In this document: piece after piece, positions 1 to 11,656 of the stretch
Layout: every line of letters begins with the position of its first letter
How positions within the stretch are numbered: the stretch's first letter is position 1
From: Callorhinchus milii
Taxonomy: Eukaryota
Length of the DNA: 45,990 nucleotides
Assembly: GCF_018977255.1 (NCBI RefSeq)
Contig: NW_024705422.1
Span: forward strand, 1-45,990
Reading direction: 5' to 3'
The notes under the pieces: generated by a model
Seen by the model: only the letters and a program-made list of their open reading frames with translations
Database searches by the model: none
What the model was told of the DNA's origin: nothing
Translations under genes and position numbers: made by a program

Positions 1-1585
1 TTGAGATCCGTCCACGCCATCCAAGGAAGGCCCCAAATAAGAGACGGAACGGCAATGCTCTCAAACATCCAGTTGTCACAAAAAAAACCTCCCCCAAACT
101 CCCTCGACCCAAACAACACATGGACTGAGTTGCACACATTCATCCTAGAGGCGGCCTCCGAATCAGACTGGGTACACCAAAAAGCATCACTATGACTGAT
201 TTGAGCAGAACGCTGCCAACATCCACACACTACTACAGATGAAATGCCAAGCCCACAAAACGTCTTTTCCGACCGAGACTTTGCCACTCTCCAATGCTCC
301 CTCTCCAAGGCCAAAGCAGAGTCCCAGTGTGCTCTCCATGCCCTGGAGGACACCTGGTGGGTCCAAACACGCAGATGAGATCCAAAACCGCCTCGCAGAC
401 GCAAACAACACCCAAGAGTTTTTTTATGATGCCGTCAAAGCCCTCTATGGCCACCAAAACGAGCCATCACCCCGGTCAGGTCTTCTCATGGCAACACGCT
501 TTTCAAGGACCACCAAAAGATCTTGGAGAGATGGTCAGAGCACTTTTATAATATCTTCAACCACATCAACCCTACAGACCCGCTCATCCTCGAGACACGG
601 TCTGATATCCCGCCCATTCATGAACTCGACACTCCACCATAATTTTCTGAGGTCGACCAGGCAGTCAAAGGCCTGAAAAACAATGAAAGTGCTGGACCCA
701 ACGGCCTCCAAGCTGAGATGCTGAAGCAAGGGGGATACCTCCTTTTTCACTGCTTGCAACTTCTCATCAAGTCCATCTGGCTGTCCACAGGAATGGAAGG
801 ACGCGAATATTGTAGCTATCTACAAGAAGAAGGGTGACAAAGAGGCTTGCGGCAACATCAGAGGTATCTCACTTATTTCTGACGAAGGAAGGTCCTTGCC
901 AGGATAATGCACTACTGGCTCGCAGAGCAGAAATCTGAAAACATCCTCCCAGAATCCCAGTGGGGCTTCAGGAAAGGCAGAAGCACCACCGACATGATCT
1001 TTGTGCCACAGCAACTGCAGGAAAAATGCCGGGATCAAAACAAAGACCTCTTAATAGCTTTTATCGACCTCACCAAAGCATCCGACACCATCAACCGCGA
1101 GATACTCTGGCAGCAGCCCGTCAAACTTGGGGTACTTCCCAAGTGTCAAAGAATTCTAAAACAGTTCCATGAAGGAATGCATGCCAGAGTGGTGCTTGGT
1201 GGACTTCAATCAGAGCTCTTCAACGTGGAGGTCGGGGTCAAGCAAGGCTCTGTTCTGGCTCCAGTGATATTCAACATGCTCCTTGCTGCCATCACAAGCC
1301 TTGCACACAACTCCCTCACCTGGTGGTCCACCTGTGCCACACGGGTTTAGCACATGAAAGACGCCATCTCACAGTGGAGTGCGAAAGATGCACCCAGAGA
1401 CACCAACGCACAGCTGGAATAACGCCATCCGAGACCCAACACACGTGTCCGATCTGCAAGCATAGTGTGCGGCTGTCGCATTGGCATCCACAGCCACATG
1501 AAGTGGCACTAACGCCAAAAGTGCTAGCCCACCCACAAGAGGAGCAATCGCCATCTTTTTCTATGGACAGCCAAGAGATAGAGAG
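1..1585 (+). mobile_element. RTE-clade LINE fragment (partial RT plus 3' end), near-identical copy of 8366-9950
   Basis: ORF 907-1350 encodes RT motifs ILPESQWGFRKGRSTTDMIF, AFIDLTKASDTINRE and GVKQGSVLAPVIFN. Many frameshifts, a C-terminal CPIC zinc-finger remnant and an AAGAG-type tail near 1570-1585. Begins at the window edge. Confidence 0.9.
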
Positions 1586-2173
1586 GTCTAGTAACTATAG
1601 TAGCATCTACCGACTATAGTAGTGACTGCAGATTTCAAGGGGGGGGGGTGGGAAGAGGACATCAGTGGGGCAACAGACGAGGCGCAAAGCACCAAAAAGC
1701 CTTCCAAACGAGCTAAAACGTGTTTTCTTAGCCCGTGCTGCAAAAGTAATTGTGCACGCTGTCCAGGATTATCCTCAGCCTGTGCTTTTGCAACATTAAC
1801 GGTGCAGTCTCCGGCTTGTCTTAATGCAGGCTGCTCTGCAGTTTACTCAGCCCGTGCTGCCAAACTGCCTTCATCGATTGGTTGCTGTTGAGAGCCGCAG
1901 CTCCTTGTTTTACAGGCCACAATGCTGCCACTTTTTTCATAGCAGTTTTTCTCGTTAACAAAATGGCCACCAAGTCTTTAGCGCCAGAGAACCTCTCGTC
2001 AACACCAATCAACCGTTTGCATTGCTCGAGGCAACCACGCATGTGCGCGTTGTGGTTCAGTTATCATTAAGATCAACGTACATTGTAGGTTGATTTACCA
2101 AGTTTATATTGGACCAAGGATACAAACAAATGGCGAGTGTTCATTCGGGGGCTTAGTTTGTTGGCTCTGTGTA
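1..2173 (+). repeat. Segmental direct repeat, copy 1 (copy 2 = 8366-10536, offset 8365)
   Basis: Base-by-base match from ttgagatccgtccacg to ttggctctgtgta. Differences are mostly small indels, often in homopolymers. Confidence 0.95.
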
Positions 2174-2302
2174 ACTAAAGCCCCAAGCTTCTTAACGAGG
2201 GATTTATTTATGGCATCTCTAATCTGAAAGTCTCTGAAATTGAGAGTGGGGATTGTATAGCATCCGCAAGCTTTTGAAAGACATCACCCTCCCGTTTGCA
2301 TG

Positions 2303-2817
2303 TGTAATAAACCTTATCAAGACGGCTCTTGGAATCAGTTCTTTATTTTCCACTTCCACAGTTACACACACTCCCCGTTGCTGACAGGCAATGGGAAGCG
2401 GGCAGACAACCAGCTAAGTCACTCGCGCACGTGGCACCCAGAGCCCCGTACGCGCGTGGCTCCTGCTCTCTTCGTTCCCAGCTCTGCTCCCGACTCCCTC
2501 GTCTCTCCCCCTCTTCATCCCCCGGTCACGTGGTACCCCCAGCCAATCCTCCGTAGTCCGCCCAGCCCGTTCCAGATCATTCCCTGTCAATCCTGGGACC
2601 ACGCCTCTGATCCGGCTTCCCATTAGCTGAGGCCCAAATTGGCCAAGCCAATGACCCTAATTAACATGCCGTGATCACGCCGAGGCCATGCTCCCTGGCT
2701 CTCCCCTTATTGGCTACAAAGCGGGACCGGCAAGCCGATCGCCACGTGAGCCGTACAAGGCTCTTATTACACGTGCAAGCGGTCATAAACCATTTCCAGC
2801 CCAGACTCCCAACTACA
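2303..2817 (-). mobile_element. Putative solo LTR
   Basis: About 515 bp bounded by TGTA...TACA. Several CCAAT boxes, and minus-strand AATAAA (tttatt 2342-2347) about 40 nt before the 3' CA. No target-site duplication, PBS or PPT found. Confidence 0.4.
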
Positions 2818-3173
2818 GTAGATTATCCGGTGGCTTAATGGGGAAGGGTGCGCCCGATTTTCACGTAGTTATTTAAAATCGAAAAAATGATGGGGAATTT
2901 TTGTATGGCATGTTTTTGGTGTGTGGATTTTATTTTGTGTTTCAAAAAATACTCGGAAATTGACCAATAAACATGCAAGCAGACAAACAAATATCCGACT
3001 GTAAACAGTTACTGTATTTACTGTATCATACCACTGCAATCTCGAAGACTGAATAGGGTGATATACGTACTACGCTCTTGCTTCAATCGCATTTGACGAT
3101 CGCTGGACTGATGCAGCTTTTTAGAGTGGTGCTCTAGTGAATACACTCACTTTTCTCCTGATCGCATGACATA

Positions 3174-3789
3174 TGTTGTGATTGTAGCATCACTACTGTG
3201 TACACACGCTCACGTGTGACGTCACTATGCCCGGAGCGTCACTACCACGTGGGTCTACACACACATGACGTCATCCCGGCTGTAGGCGGGAATGACGTCA
3301 GGGCCGGTTCTGGACTCGGGAGACCACGGGGGTGGTGTGAGGTCGTGGCACGCTCTGTGATCCCGGCTGGACACGTGACCGGATCCCAGTGGGGGGCCGG
3401 GGGCCCAGGGGGCACCTCGGGGGGCACGTGGACAGAGGGGGGGGGGGGGCTTCGAGAGGGTTCTCGAAGGGAGGCGTAGCCGGGGTGGGGCCCGGGCAAG
3501 CCGTGGCCCATATAAGCAGCCTCCTCACCAGGTTCGAGGATGCCCATGCCAAGAATGAAGATGCATCGTGAAGACGCCAAGAAGAGTCAAGCCTCCAGTC
3601 AGCGGACCTGCCAGTAGCCCACCTGGCTGGGTCACGCTAGAGTAGCTGAGAGTTAGAGAAGTGTGTGTTAGCTAGAGTAGGTTGGTGGTCACCACCTTAT
3701 GTGTAATGTACAGTGTTATAATACTTACTGTTCTAATACATGAGTGTTGCCTCCCAAGAAGTGTGTGCGCCTAAATTGAACCCACTACA
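3174..3789 (+). promoter_or_regulatory. 5' LTR with CRE/E-box cluster and TATA box
   Basis: TGACGTCA at 3217, 3266 and 3293; CACGTG at 3211 and 3246; G-rich tract about 3390-3490; TATAA at 3511. Confidence 0.6.
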
Positions 3790-4599
3790 TTTGGTGTTAG
3801 AAGTGGCTAACGTTAGGTGTTATCCTAGTCAGTATTATATGCGCACGATTACTACAACTTACCTGGATGCTTTCACACGACGGGGACGGCAGGAAAATCA
3901 TCTTCCGGGCGGCCCCGGGGTCTGCAGCCCCGATGAAGGAGGGAGAGGGCGTTGCAGGTGGGGCAGCAGGACGCACATCACGTCGCTGCTTCGTTGCCAT
4001 CGAGAGAGAGAGAGCGCCGGAGCTAGAGGGGAGAGGACGCCGCCGTTGCTGCGGGTGCCTGGGCGGGAAATTCGCGCAGGAAATTCGCGCGCACACCATG
4101 CACGCGCGGCCGCCATCTTAGCGGTGGGTCGGAACGCCGTTCCCACCATTTTCAACACCTGCGGAGGGAGATCTTCGGCCGTCTCGGTGGCATCCTGTCG
4201 CAAGAGGATGCCGTGCTCACCATCCAAGATTCTTCAAGTTCCACCCTGCCATGCTCACAGCGTCTAAGGCGAGTCGTGACACAATGCACCCAGCCCTAAA
4301 AACACATCTCACCCATTTTACGCATGCCGGGTTGCGTTTGCGTGTTGTTGTATTTTGCTTGCTGGGCTGTGGTACGTGTTTTTCTGGCTGTGTGAGTGTA
4401 GAATGAACGCGGCGTCTGTGCTCGTGTGTTGCTGTGGATTTTTTGTTTGTGTGCGGTTAAGGCATCGGGATCGTTATCTTGATGGGGCAGTTAATGATTA
4501 ATTCGTTGTCGGGTGTCCCGAGCTCCGTTAACGTCCTGTGGGTTGCCGTGTTAATGACTCGCGTTGTTACATCGTTTATGTTGTTGCGGAGTCGCGATT

Positions 4600-4810
4600 G
4601 TTATTGGGTATACTGTATGGAGCTTTGCTCGTGATTGTTCATGTGTGACTGTCAGAAACTTTGATTGTGATCGTTGTCAATGTGTGACTGTCAGAAACTT
4701 TGATCGTCATTGTTGCCAAGGTACAAACCGTATGGAGCTTTGTTCGTGATTGTTATCAATGTATAGACTGTATCGATCCTTGCTCGAGAGTGTATGGACT
4801 GTTGGGTACT
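4600..4810. repeat. Degenerate ~39-bp minisatellite inside LTR element
   Basis: atgtgtgactgtcagaaactttgat at 4641 and 4680; gtatggagctttg(c/t)tcgtgattgtt at about 4615 and 4730. Confidence 0.7.
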
Positions 4811-5404
4811 TGCTTGTGATTATTTACTATGTAGGGATTGTCTGGGGTATTGCTTGTATGTGTTGTGATGTTGTGAAATTGCGATTGTGTGTGGGATGAC
4901 TGAGTGTTGCGTGTTTCTTGAGTTGGGTGCCGAAGCCCCGTGGAAATCCCATGGTTGCGGTTGTGTAGGATTTTTGAATGACATGACCGGTGTGGTTCGA
5001 ACTCGCTGATGGGTTCGAGGATGCCCCTTGGGTTCTGTGTGGTTCAGGAGTGCGTTGTGCTTTGGATTGCCGCCAGATGGCATCGCTCTCTCCGCTCGAT
5101 TGTGTACAGCCGATTGCTGCAATGCGAGTCTTGGAGAGAGTGACCGATGTGTCCTCCCAGCTCGATTGTGTACAGCCGAACGCTGAGAGACACGCTTTAA
5201 AATTCCCCTCCGATACGGCTGACGCGTGAAACTGGTTGTGACACACGTCGGAAAGGCGGTGGGGTGGTAACATTGAAATTTCCCCCGATATGGGCGACGT
5301 GCACGGTTTTAGGATGGAGACGCCACGTCGGAAAGGTGGGGGGTGCTAACGGGTGACACGTAATGTCTGTGGTGGTCCTCAGTGAGGGCTGCTGGGACGC
5401 AAGT

Positions 5405-5662
5405 GCGGGAAACCACGGAGATGCGGTTTGAGCATACGGCCGCCATTTTGTGCGCTCGCGGGAGCCGCGGTGATGGTTGCGCGTTGGGCCGCCATTTTTT
5501 TTTACGCGCGCGGGAAACCGCGCAGATGTTCGTGCATTGGGCAGCCATTTTGTGCACACGCAGATAACCACAGCGATGTTCATGCGCCGGGCCACCATTT
5601 TGGCCGTGCGCGGGAAGCCGTGGGGACGCGGGTTGCGCATGTGGCCGCCATTTTGTACATAC
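5405..5662 (+). repeat. Five degenerate 50-53 bp tandem units, each containing a YY1-like (G/A)CCATTTT core
   Basis: Units start at 5405, 5458, 5510, 5560 and 5610 (gcgggaa/gcagata...gccgccattttg). Confidence 0.8.
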
Positions 5663-5777
5663 ACAGGTGGCCTCAGAGATGTTTGGGTTGCACGTGTGAA
5701 CTATTTCTGGACAAGAGCAGGCATTTTTTTTGTGCCATGTCGATTTCACATTATTTCACAAAAAAATGTAGATACTG

Positions 5778-5975
5778 GGGCAACCCTGAAGTGAGACTTT
5801 TTTGCCCAGTACATGGGTCAGCCTGGAAGCATGACTTCCTTGACCCGGGATGTTGTACAACATCCAACGTTGTACCTTTGGGTGCAGCATACTGGCTCGA
5901 CCTTGAAGCGTGACTTCCTTCCGCCAGCACATGGGTCGACCCTGAAGTGCGACTTCTCGACCTGGGACGTAGGGA
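5778..5975 (+). repeat. Degenerate ~39-bp (13-codon) tandem repeat
   Basis: Units of the form gggtcgaccctgaagtgcgacttc... near 5778, 5816, 5893 and 5933. The paralogous copy reads GSTLKRDFLQPAH-GSTLKCDFSTWDV in ORF 32381-32776. Confidence 0.65.
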
Positions 5976-6947
5976 GACGTCCGGAATGTTAAGGGGTGTG
6001 TGTAGGTGGATATTAGACTTTCGGTCTTCACCCTATTGCCACCTGTGGGGTGGAACGGTAGCAGAGCGGTGTGAGACCCTGCCATCCATGGGGTGGTTGT
6101 GTGATTTTGGTTTGATTACCGGTGTTGGTTGTGCATCCAACGCGTCGAAATCTATGTATTTTAGTTTTTCTTTCTTCCGCCGGGCGGAATACGATCATCT
6201 CCACTTCCCTGGGCCCGTGTGGCTGTCATGTCCGACGAGCTGAGGCGCAGGCTTGTGGTGCTGTGCCTCAGGAGGTGGTTTCTTCTCGTCACAGGATTCC
6301 TGCACCTGCCGCCCTTGGAGTCGCTGGTTGTGCTGACCGGATGTGGACTTAAAAGGGGGAGTGGAGCGCCCGTACATCACTCCTGCTCATCCTGTTGCCC
6401 AACTCCTGGGGAGGGGCCGTGCCCTCTTTGGGCCTTTTTCAAGTTCCCCCAGGACCTCCAGGGAGAGCGTGCTTGCCTCCCCTGAGGGCTCGGCCACGCG
6501 AACTCCTTCGAAAGACTGGCCGCTGTGCATGACTCTGACGCCTTGTTGATTGCTTACACCGTTGTCGAACAGTCACATTAACATGTCGGTCCGTGCATAC
6601 AATTTCACATGGATGGGCTGTGCTGAGGGAAAAGTGGGTTGACCAGTTCTTCTCGATGAACATGTGTTGTTGTTGGTTCCCCTCGTTCCATACGTTTTAC
6701 CCTTCCCCCATCTCGGTATTTGTACATATGTTCTCGCGGTAATTATTATCGTTGCCGGTTATTTATTGATATTGTTGTTGGAGACTGTTTTTTCTGTATT
6801 GTCACAGCCGGGATGGATGTTTTTTTACATGGGGGAGGGTGATGTAATGATTGTATTATCACTACTGTGTACACACGCACACGTGTGACGTCACTATGCC
6901 GGGAACGTCACTACCACGTGGGTCTACACACACACATGACGTCATCT

Positions 6948-7475
6948 AGATATATAAACATAGACATAACTTCATCCGAGAAGATGGATACAAATTGAGC
7001 AATCATTGGAAGGATGTTATTAACCAGGTAAAACCTTAACTGCTTTATGGTTTGCCTTAATATCCGCATCTACAGTCTCTTACACCCAGCCCTGCTCATT
7101 CCCATCATTCGGAAATTTGCCGTTGAATGTCGAGCTTGCAGCGCAGGTCATTTACCGCTCCCAGTTCCTCAGGTTATCTGCCATTAATGTCATTTTTGCT
7201 TCCTTCCCCCCCCCACCCTCTTTATCCTTGGCTACACCCCCCTCCCTCCCTCATCTATATAACCCCCTGTTACTAGCAGTTCTTTTGCCTACTTTAGCAA
7301 CTGTTTTTTTCTGTGGTTGTCCCACCTGATGACGGACGCTTGTGTTGCGTCCGAAACGTCGATGTTTTTTATTTATTTAGCTATTTCTTTGTGCATATTT
7401 GTATTTACTTATTTGCTTATTTGTTTTTTGGTTCCTACGTGACTTTACCAAAAGAACCAAAGAGTATGGATCCTT
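6948..7475 (+). mobile_element. Penelope-like retroelement 3' end (GIY-YIG C-terminus plus pseudo-LTR)
   Basis: 6950-7039 reads IYKHRHNFIREDGYKLSNHWKDVINQVKP*, matching the EIxKHxxNFNRDxGYxLSxxW tail of Penelope endonucleases. Followed by TATATAA (~7256), a hammerhead motif and a T-rich tract. Confidence 0.75.
7321..7364 (+). ncRNA. Minimal hammerhead ribozyme motif (Penelope-type)
   Basis: CTGATGA (7326-7332), C, stem II GGACGC/TTGTGTT/GCGTCC, then GAAAC GTC (7353-7360) with a palindromic ACGT stem III. Stem I pairing is weak. Confidence 0.7.
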
Positions 7476-7559
7476 GCAGTCACGAAAACTTCAAATCTAG
7501 AATTATCTCTTCCACTCACTCCGAGTGATTAGCCGTTACCACCGGAGCATCCCATTCAG

Positions 7560-9950
7560 TGTCGAAAACTCAAGGAAATCCAAGACTTGTTTACCTCTTA
7601 ACGATGCTTCATGGAACGTCCGCACCCTCCTTGACTCTGAAAGATAAAAAACGACAGACCGCACTGAAGGACAGTCCTCGTGGCCCATGAATTCAGAGAA
7701 TACAACATCGACATCGTAGCGCTTAGTGAAACCCTCTTACATGGAGAAGACTCTCTCACAGAGGCAGAAGTTTGTGAGGGCTACGCCTTCTTCTGGAAGG
7801 GTGATCCAGAAGATGCTCGCCGCCTCCAAGATGTGGGTTTTGCTGTGCAAACCTCAATCATTTAATGCGTCGCTGAATTCCCTGTTGGTATTATTGAGCT
7901 TCTGATGATGTGGCGCATTCCCTTGGCCGGGGGGCACTCTGCCAAACTCATCGGTGCTCATGGGCCTATACTGGATGCAGACAATGATGCCAAGGAGGCT
8001 TTCAATTAAGCTCTCGTCACTGCCATTAAAAACACACTGCGTACCGACAAGCTACTCCTCATGGGAGACTTAAATGCCAGGGTGGGCTCTGAACACCAGA
8101 TTTGTGACCGTGTACTAGGCCGACATGGGCTGGGTGAGCATAATAGCAACGGGCTGCGGCGACTCTCCCTATGCTCCAAAGAACAACCTGTTCCGGTTTA
8201 AGCACAAACACAAGAACTCGTTTCAACACTCCCGCTCTAAACACTGGCACTTGCTAGATTACATCATCATCCGTCAGTGCGACCACAAGGAGGTGCTAGT
8301 AACCCGAGCCATGAGTGGAGTGGAATATTGGACTGATTACCATATAATCAGAGCCAAATTCCGCATTGAGATCCGTCCACGCCATCCAAGGAAGGCCCCA
8401 AATAAGAGACGGAACGGCAATGCTCTCAAACATCCAGTTGTCACAAAAAAACCTCCCCCAAACTCCCTCGACCCAAACAACACATGGACTGAGTTGCACA
8501 CATTCATCCTAGAGGCGGCCTCCGAATCAGACTGGGTACACCAAAAAGCATCACTATGACTGATTTGAGCAGAACGCTGCCAACATCCACACACTACTAC
8601 AGATGAAATGCCAAGCCCACAAAAACGTCTTTTCCGACCGAGACTTTGCCACTCTCCAATGCTCCCTCTCCAAGGCCAAAGCAGAGTCCCAGTGTGCTCT
8701 CCATGCCCTGGAGGACACCTGGTGGGTCCAAACACGCAGATGAGATCCAAAACCGCCTCGCAGACGCAAACAACACCCAAGAGTTTTTTTATGATGCCGT
8801 CAAAGCCCTCTATGGCCACCAAAACGAGCCATCACCCCGGTCAGGTCTTCTCATGGCAACACGCTTTTCAAGGACCACCAAAAGATCTTGGAGAGATGGT
8901 CAGAGCACTTTTATAATATCTTCAACCACATCAACCCTACAGACCCGCTCATCCTCGAGACACGGTCTGATATCCCGCCCATTCATGAACTCGACACTCC
9001 ACCATAATTTTCTGAGGTCGACCAGGCAGTCAAAGGCCTGAAAAACAATGAAAGTGCTGGACCCAACGGCCTCCAAGCTGAGATGCTGAAGCAAGGGGGA
9101 TACCTCCTCTTTCACTGCTTGCAACTTCTCATCAAGTCCATCTGGCTGTCCACAGGAATGGAAGGACGCGAATATTGTAGCTATCTACAAGAAGAAGGGT
9201 GACAAAGAGGCTTGCGGCAACAGCAGAGGTATCTCACTTATTTCTGACGAAGGGAAGGTCCTTGCCAGGATAATGCACTACTGGCTCGCAGAGCAGAAAT
9301 CTGAAAACATCCTCCCAGAATCCCAGTGGGGCTTCAGGAAAGGCAGAAGCACCACCGACATGATCTTTGTGCCACAGCAACTGCAGGAAAAATGCCGGGA
9401 TCAAAACAAAGACCTCTTAATAGCTTTTATCGACCTCAAAGCATCCGACACCATCAACCGCGAGATACTCTGGCAGCAGCTCAAACTTGGGGTACTTCCC
9501 AAGTGTCAAAGAATTCTAAAACAGTTCCATGAAGGAATGCATGCCAGAGTGGTGCTTGGTGGACTTCAATCAGAGCTCTTCAACGTGGAGGTCGGGGTCA
9601 AGCAAGGCTCTGTTCTGGCTCCAGTGATATTCAACATGCTCCTTGCTGCCATCACAAGCCTTGCACACAACTCCCTCCACCTGGTGGTCCACCTGTGCCA
9701 CACGGGTTTAGCACATGAAAGACGCCATCTCACAGTGGAGATGCGAAAGATGCACCCAGAGACACCAACGCACAGCTGGAATAACGCCATCCGAGACCCA
9801 ACACACGTGTCCGATCTGCAAGCATAGTGTGCGGCTGTCGCATTGGCATCCACAGCCACATGAAGTGGCACTAACGCCAAAAGTGCTAGCCCACCCACAA
9901 GAGGAGCAATCGCCATCTTTTTCTATGGACAGCCAAGAGAAAGAGAGGTC
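7560..9950 (+). mobile_element. RTE-clade (BovB-like) LINE, degenerate, with internal deletion in RT
   Basis: APE motifs SWNVRTLLD (~7610), YNIDIVALSET, GYAFFWKG, GDLNARVG and HWHLLDYIIIR. RT ORF 9273-9827 has QGSVLAP and then jumps at ~9680 straight to the C-terminal zinc-finger region (no YADD). Tail ...GGACAGCCAAGAGAAAGAGAG. Confidence 0.9.
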
Positions 9951-10536
9951 TAGTAACTATAGTAGCATCTACCGACTATAGTAGTGACTGCAGATTTCAA
10001 GGGGGGGGGGTGGGAAGAGGACATCAGTGGAGGCAACAGACGAGGCGCAAAGCACCAAAAAGCCTTCCAAACGAGCTAAAACGTTTTTTCTTAGCCCGTG
10101 CTGCAAAAGTAATTGTGCACGCTGTCCAGGATTATCCTCAGCCTGTGCTTTTGCAACATTAACGGTGCAGTCTCCGGCTTGTCTTGATGCAGGCTGCTCT
10201 GCAGTTTACTCAGCCCGTGCTGCCAAACTGCCTTCATCGATTGGTTGCTGTTGAGAGCCGCAGCTCCTTGTTTTACAGGCCACAATGCTGCCACTTTTTT
10301 CATAGCAGTTTTTCTCGTTAACAAAATGGCCACCAAGTCTTTAGCGCCAGAGAACCTCTCGTCAACACCAATCAACCGTTTGCATTGCTCGAGGCAACCA
10401 CGCATGTGCGCGTTGTGGTTCAGTTATCATTAAGATCAACGTACATTGTAGGTTGATTTACCAAGTTTATATTGGACCAAGGATACAAACAAATGGCGAG
10501 TGTTCATTCGGGGGCTTAGTTTGTTGGCTCTGTGTA
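8366..10536 (+). repeat. Segmental direct repeat, copy 2 (of 1-2173)
   Basis: Direct sequence match; it diverges from copy 1 after ...ctctgtgta. Confidence 0.95.
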
Positions 10537-11612
10537 CCTTGTTGAAATGTCAACCCAAGTGTTTAAAGCGTTATAAGGAAGTCGGACAAAATGACGTTCA
10601 AATGCAAAGAGGGAGTGCGTATATGGGTGCCATAGACATTAATATTACAAATGTTATCAGTTCAGGACAAAGTAATTTTATACTATGATGTTTCAGGCTA
10701 TAGGTCAAGTAGGCAAGTGGTGCGTGTATTTTCTAATTTTAACAGGTACGACTTAGAAGGAACATTCAAATCGCCCCCAAAAAATAGAGCACTGGGTCCT
10801 TCAGTGCGAGAGAGTTTAAGACAAACTCTATTCAGGTTTACTTTTCAGGTAGAAGGGAGGCCATGTTCAGGGAGGGGGGGCAATGATTTCCAGGTCGTGT
10901 TTGATGCAAACGGTCTTCCTAACAGCCGAGTTTTCCAGGCAGATGGTTTCACCCAGTTCCCAGAGTTCAGGCAGTTGTGGACGGGAGACTCATGGCGATC
11001 AGCATGTGTGGTGGCCATCTCCAAGGAGTGAACCAGAGGAACCGAGTCGAGGTAGAGTTTCTCCAGGAATCACCCCAATGCAGCTAGAGACGGACGCGTC
11101 GTCACTGCATCATAACCCAGGGTCTGAAGCACCAAGCCACTCGTGCACAAGGCCACAAAGAATGTCTATAGTCAGGCCTCCATAGTGTTGTGAGGTGGTT
11201 CTTTTCCAGGGGAAGAGCACTTTTGACAATGTGGACAGATGCTTTGTCATGCCACAACCCAACCTTTACTTTAAGCTAGTTAACGTTCAGTATTCCGTTT
11301 CTCCCCCCGTGCCCCACATTCTTGATGTACCTTTGAAAGTTTGCTATTGTGTGATGGGAAATGTTCCTGGTACATGTACACCGTTTGCTTGTTTTAGGGG
11401 AAAAGCTTAAATAAAATCTGGATTCAGATTATTTAAGCATGGCAAGGTGCTATTGTTTGAAGAAGCCAATGGCCTAAACCTTGGTACCAGTTACTGCTAT
11501 CGATGGACTTGCCTTGGGGAAGAAACGTGGCCAAATGCAGCACTAATACTGCCTACATATTGCACACACACACATCTCGTAAAGGTCAGAACAGCGGTAG
11601 CGAATTTCAGAA

Positions 11613-11618
11613 TTTAAT
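11613..11618 (-). terminator. Putative polyadenylation signal of ZP4-like copy A (ATTAAA)
   Basis: About 40 nt after the stop at 11657. The equivalent position in copy B is canonical AATAAA (36820-36825). Confidence 0.6.
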
Positions 11619-11656
11619 TTTTGACAATGGTCAGCAAGACATGCAAGTTCCAGCAA

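Larger units (their letters stand above)
3174..6946 (+). mobile_element. Degenerate/non-autonomous Gypsy-type LTR retrotransposon (5' LTR 3174-3789; PBS 3792-3806; PPT 6831-6842; 3' LTR 6843-6946 truncated)
   Basis: The first ~100 bp of the 5' LTR (TGTTGTGATTGTAGC...) recur at 6843 (TGTAATGATTGTATT...) directly after purine tract GGGGGAGGGTGA. The 5' LTR ends ...CACTACA and is followed by TT-TGGTGTTAGAAGTGG, resembling a tRNA-Leu PBS. Weak integrase-tail-like VVHPTRRNLC near 6122. No intact gag/pol. Confidence 0.8.

Noticed and set aside
907..1350. RT ORFs (also 9273-9827) as a retron, DGR or functional reverse transcriptase
   Set aside because: The motifs and upstream APE domain are those of an RTE LINE; the catalytic YADD region is deleted and the frame is broken.
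4600..5975. Regularly spaced short repeats as a CRISPR-like array
   Set aside because: Whole units are degenerate tandem copies without unique spacers, they lie inside a eukaryotic LTR element, and no cas genes are present.
9995..10440. Minus-strand ORF 10091-10405 (also 1821-2042) as a gene exon
   Set aside because: No recognisable motif or splice context, and the copy at 1821-2042 is cut short by a stop.
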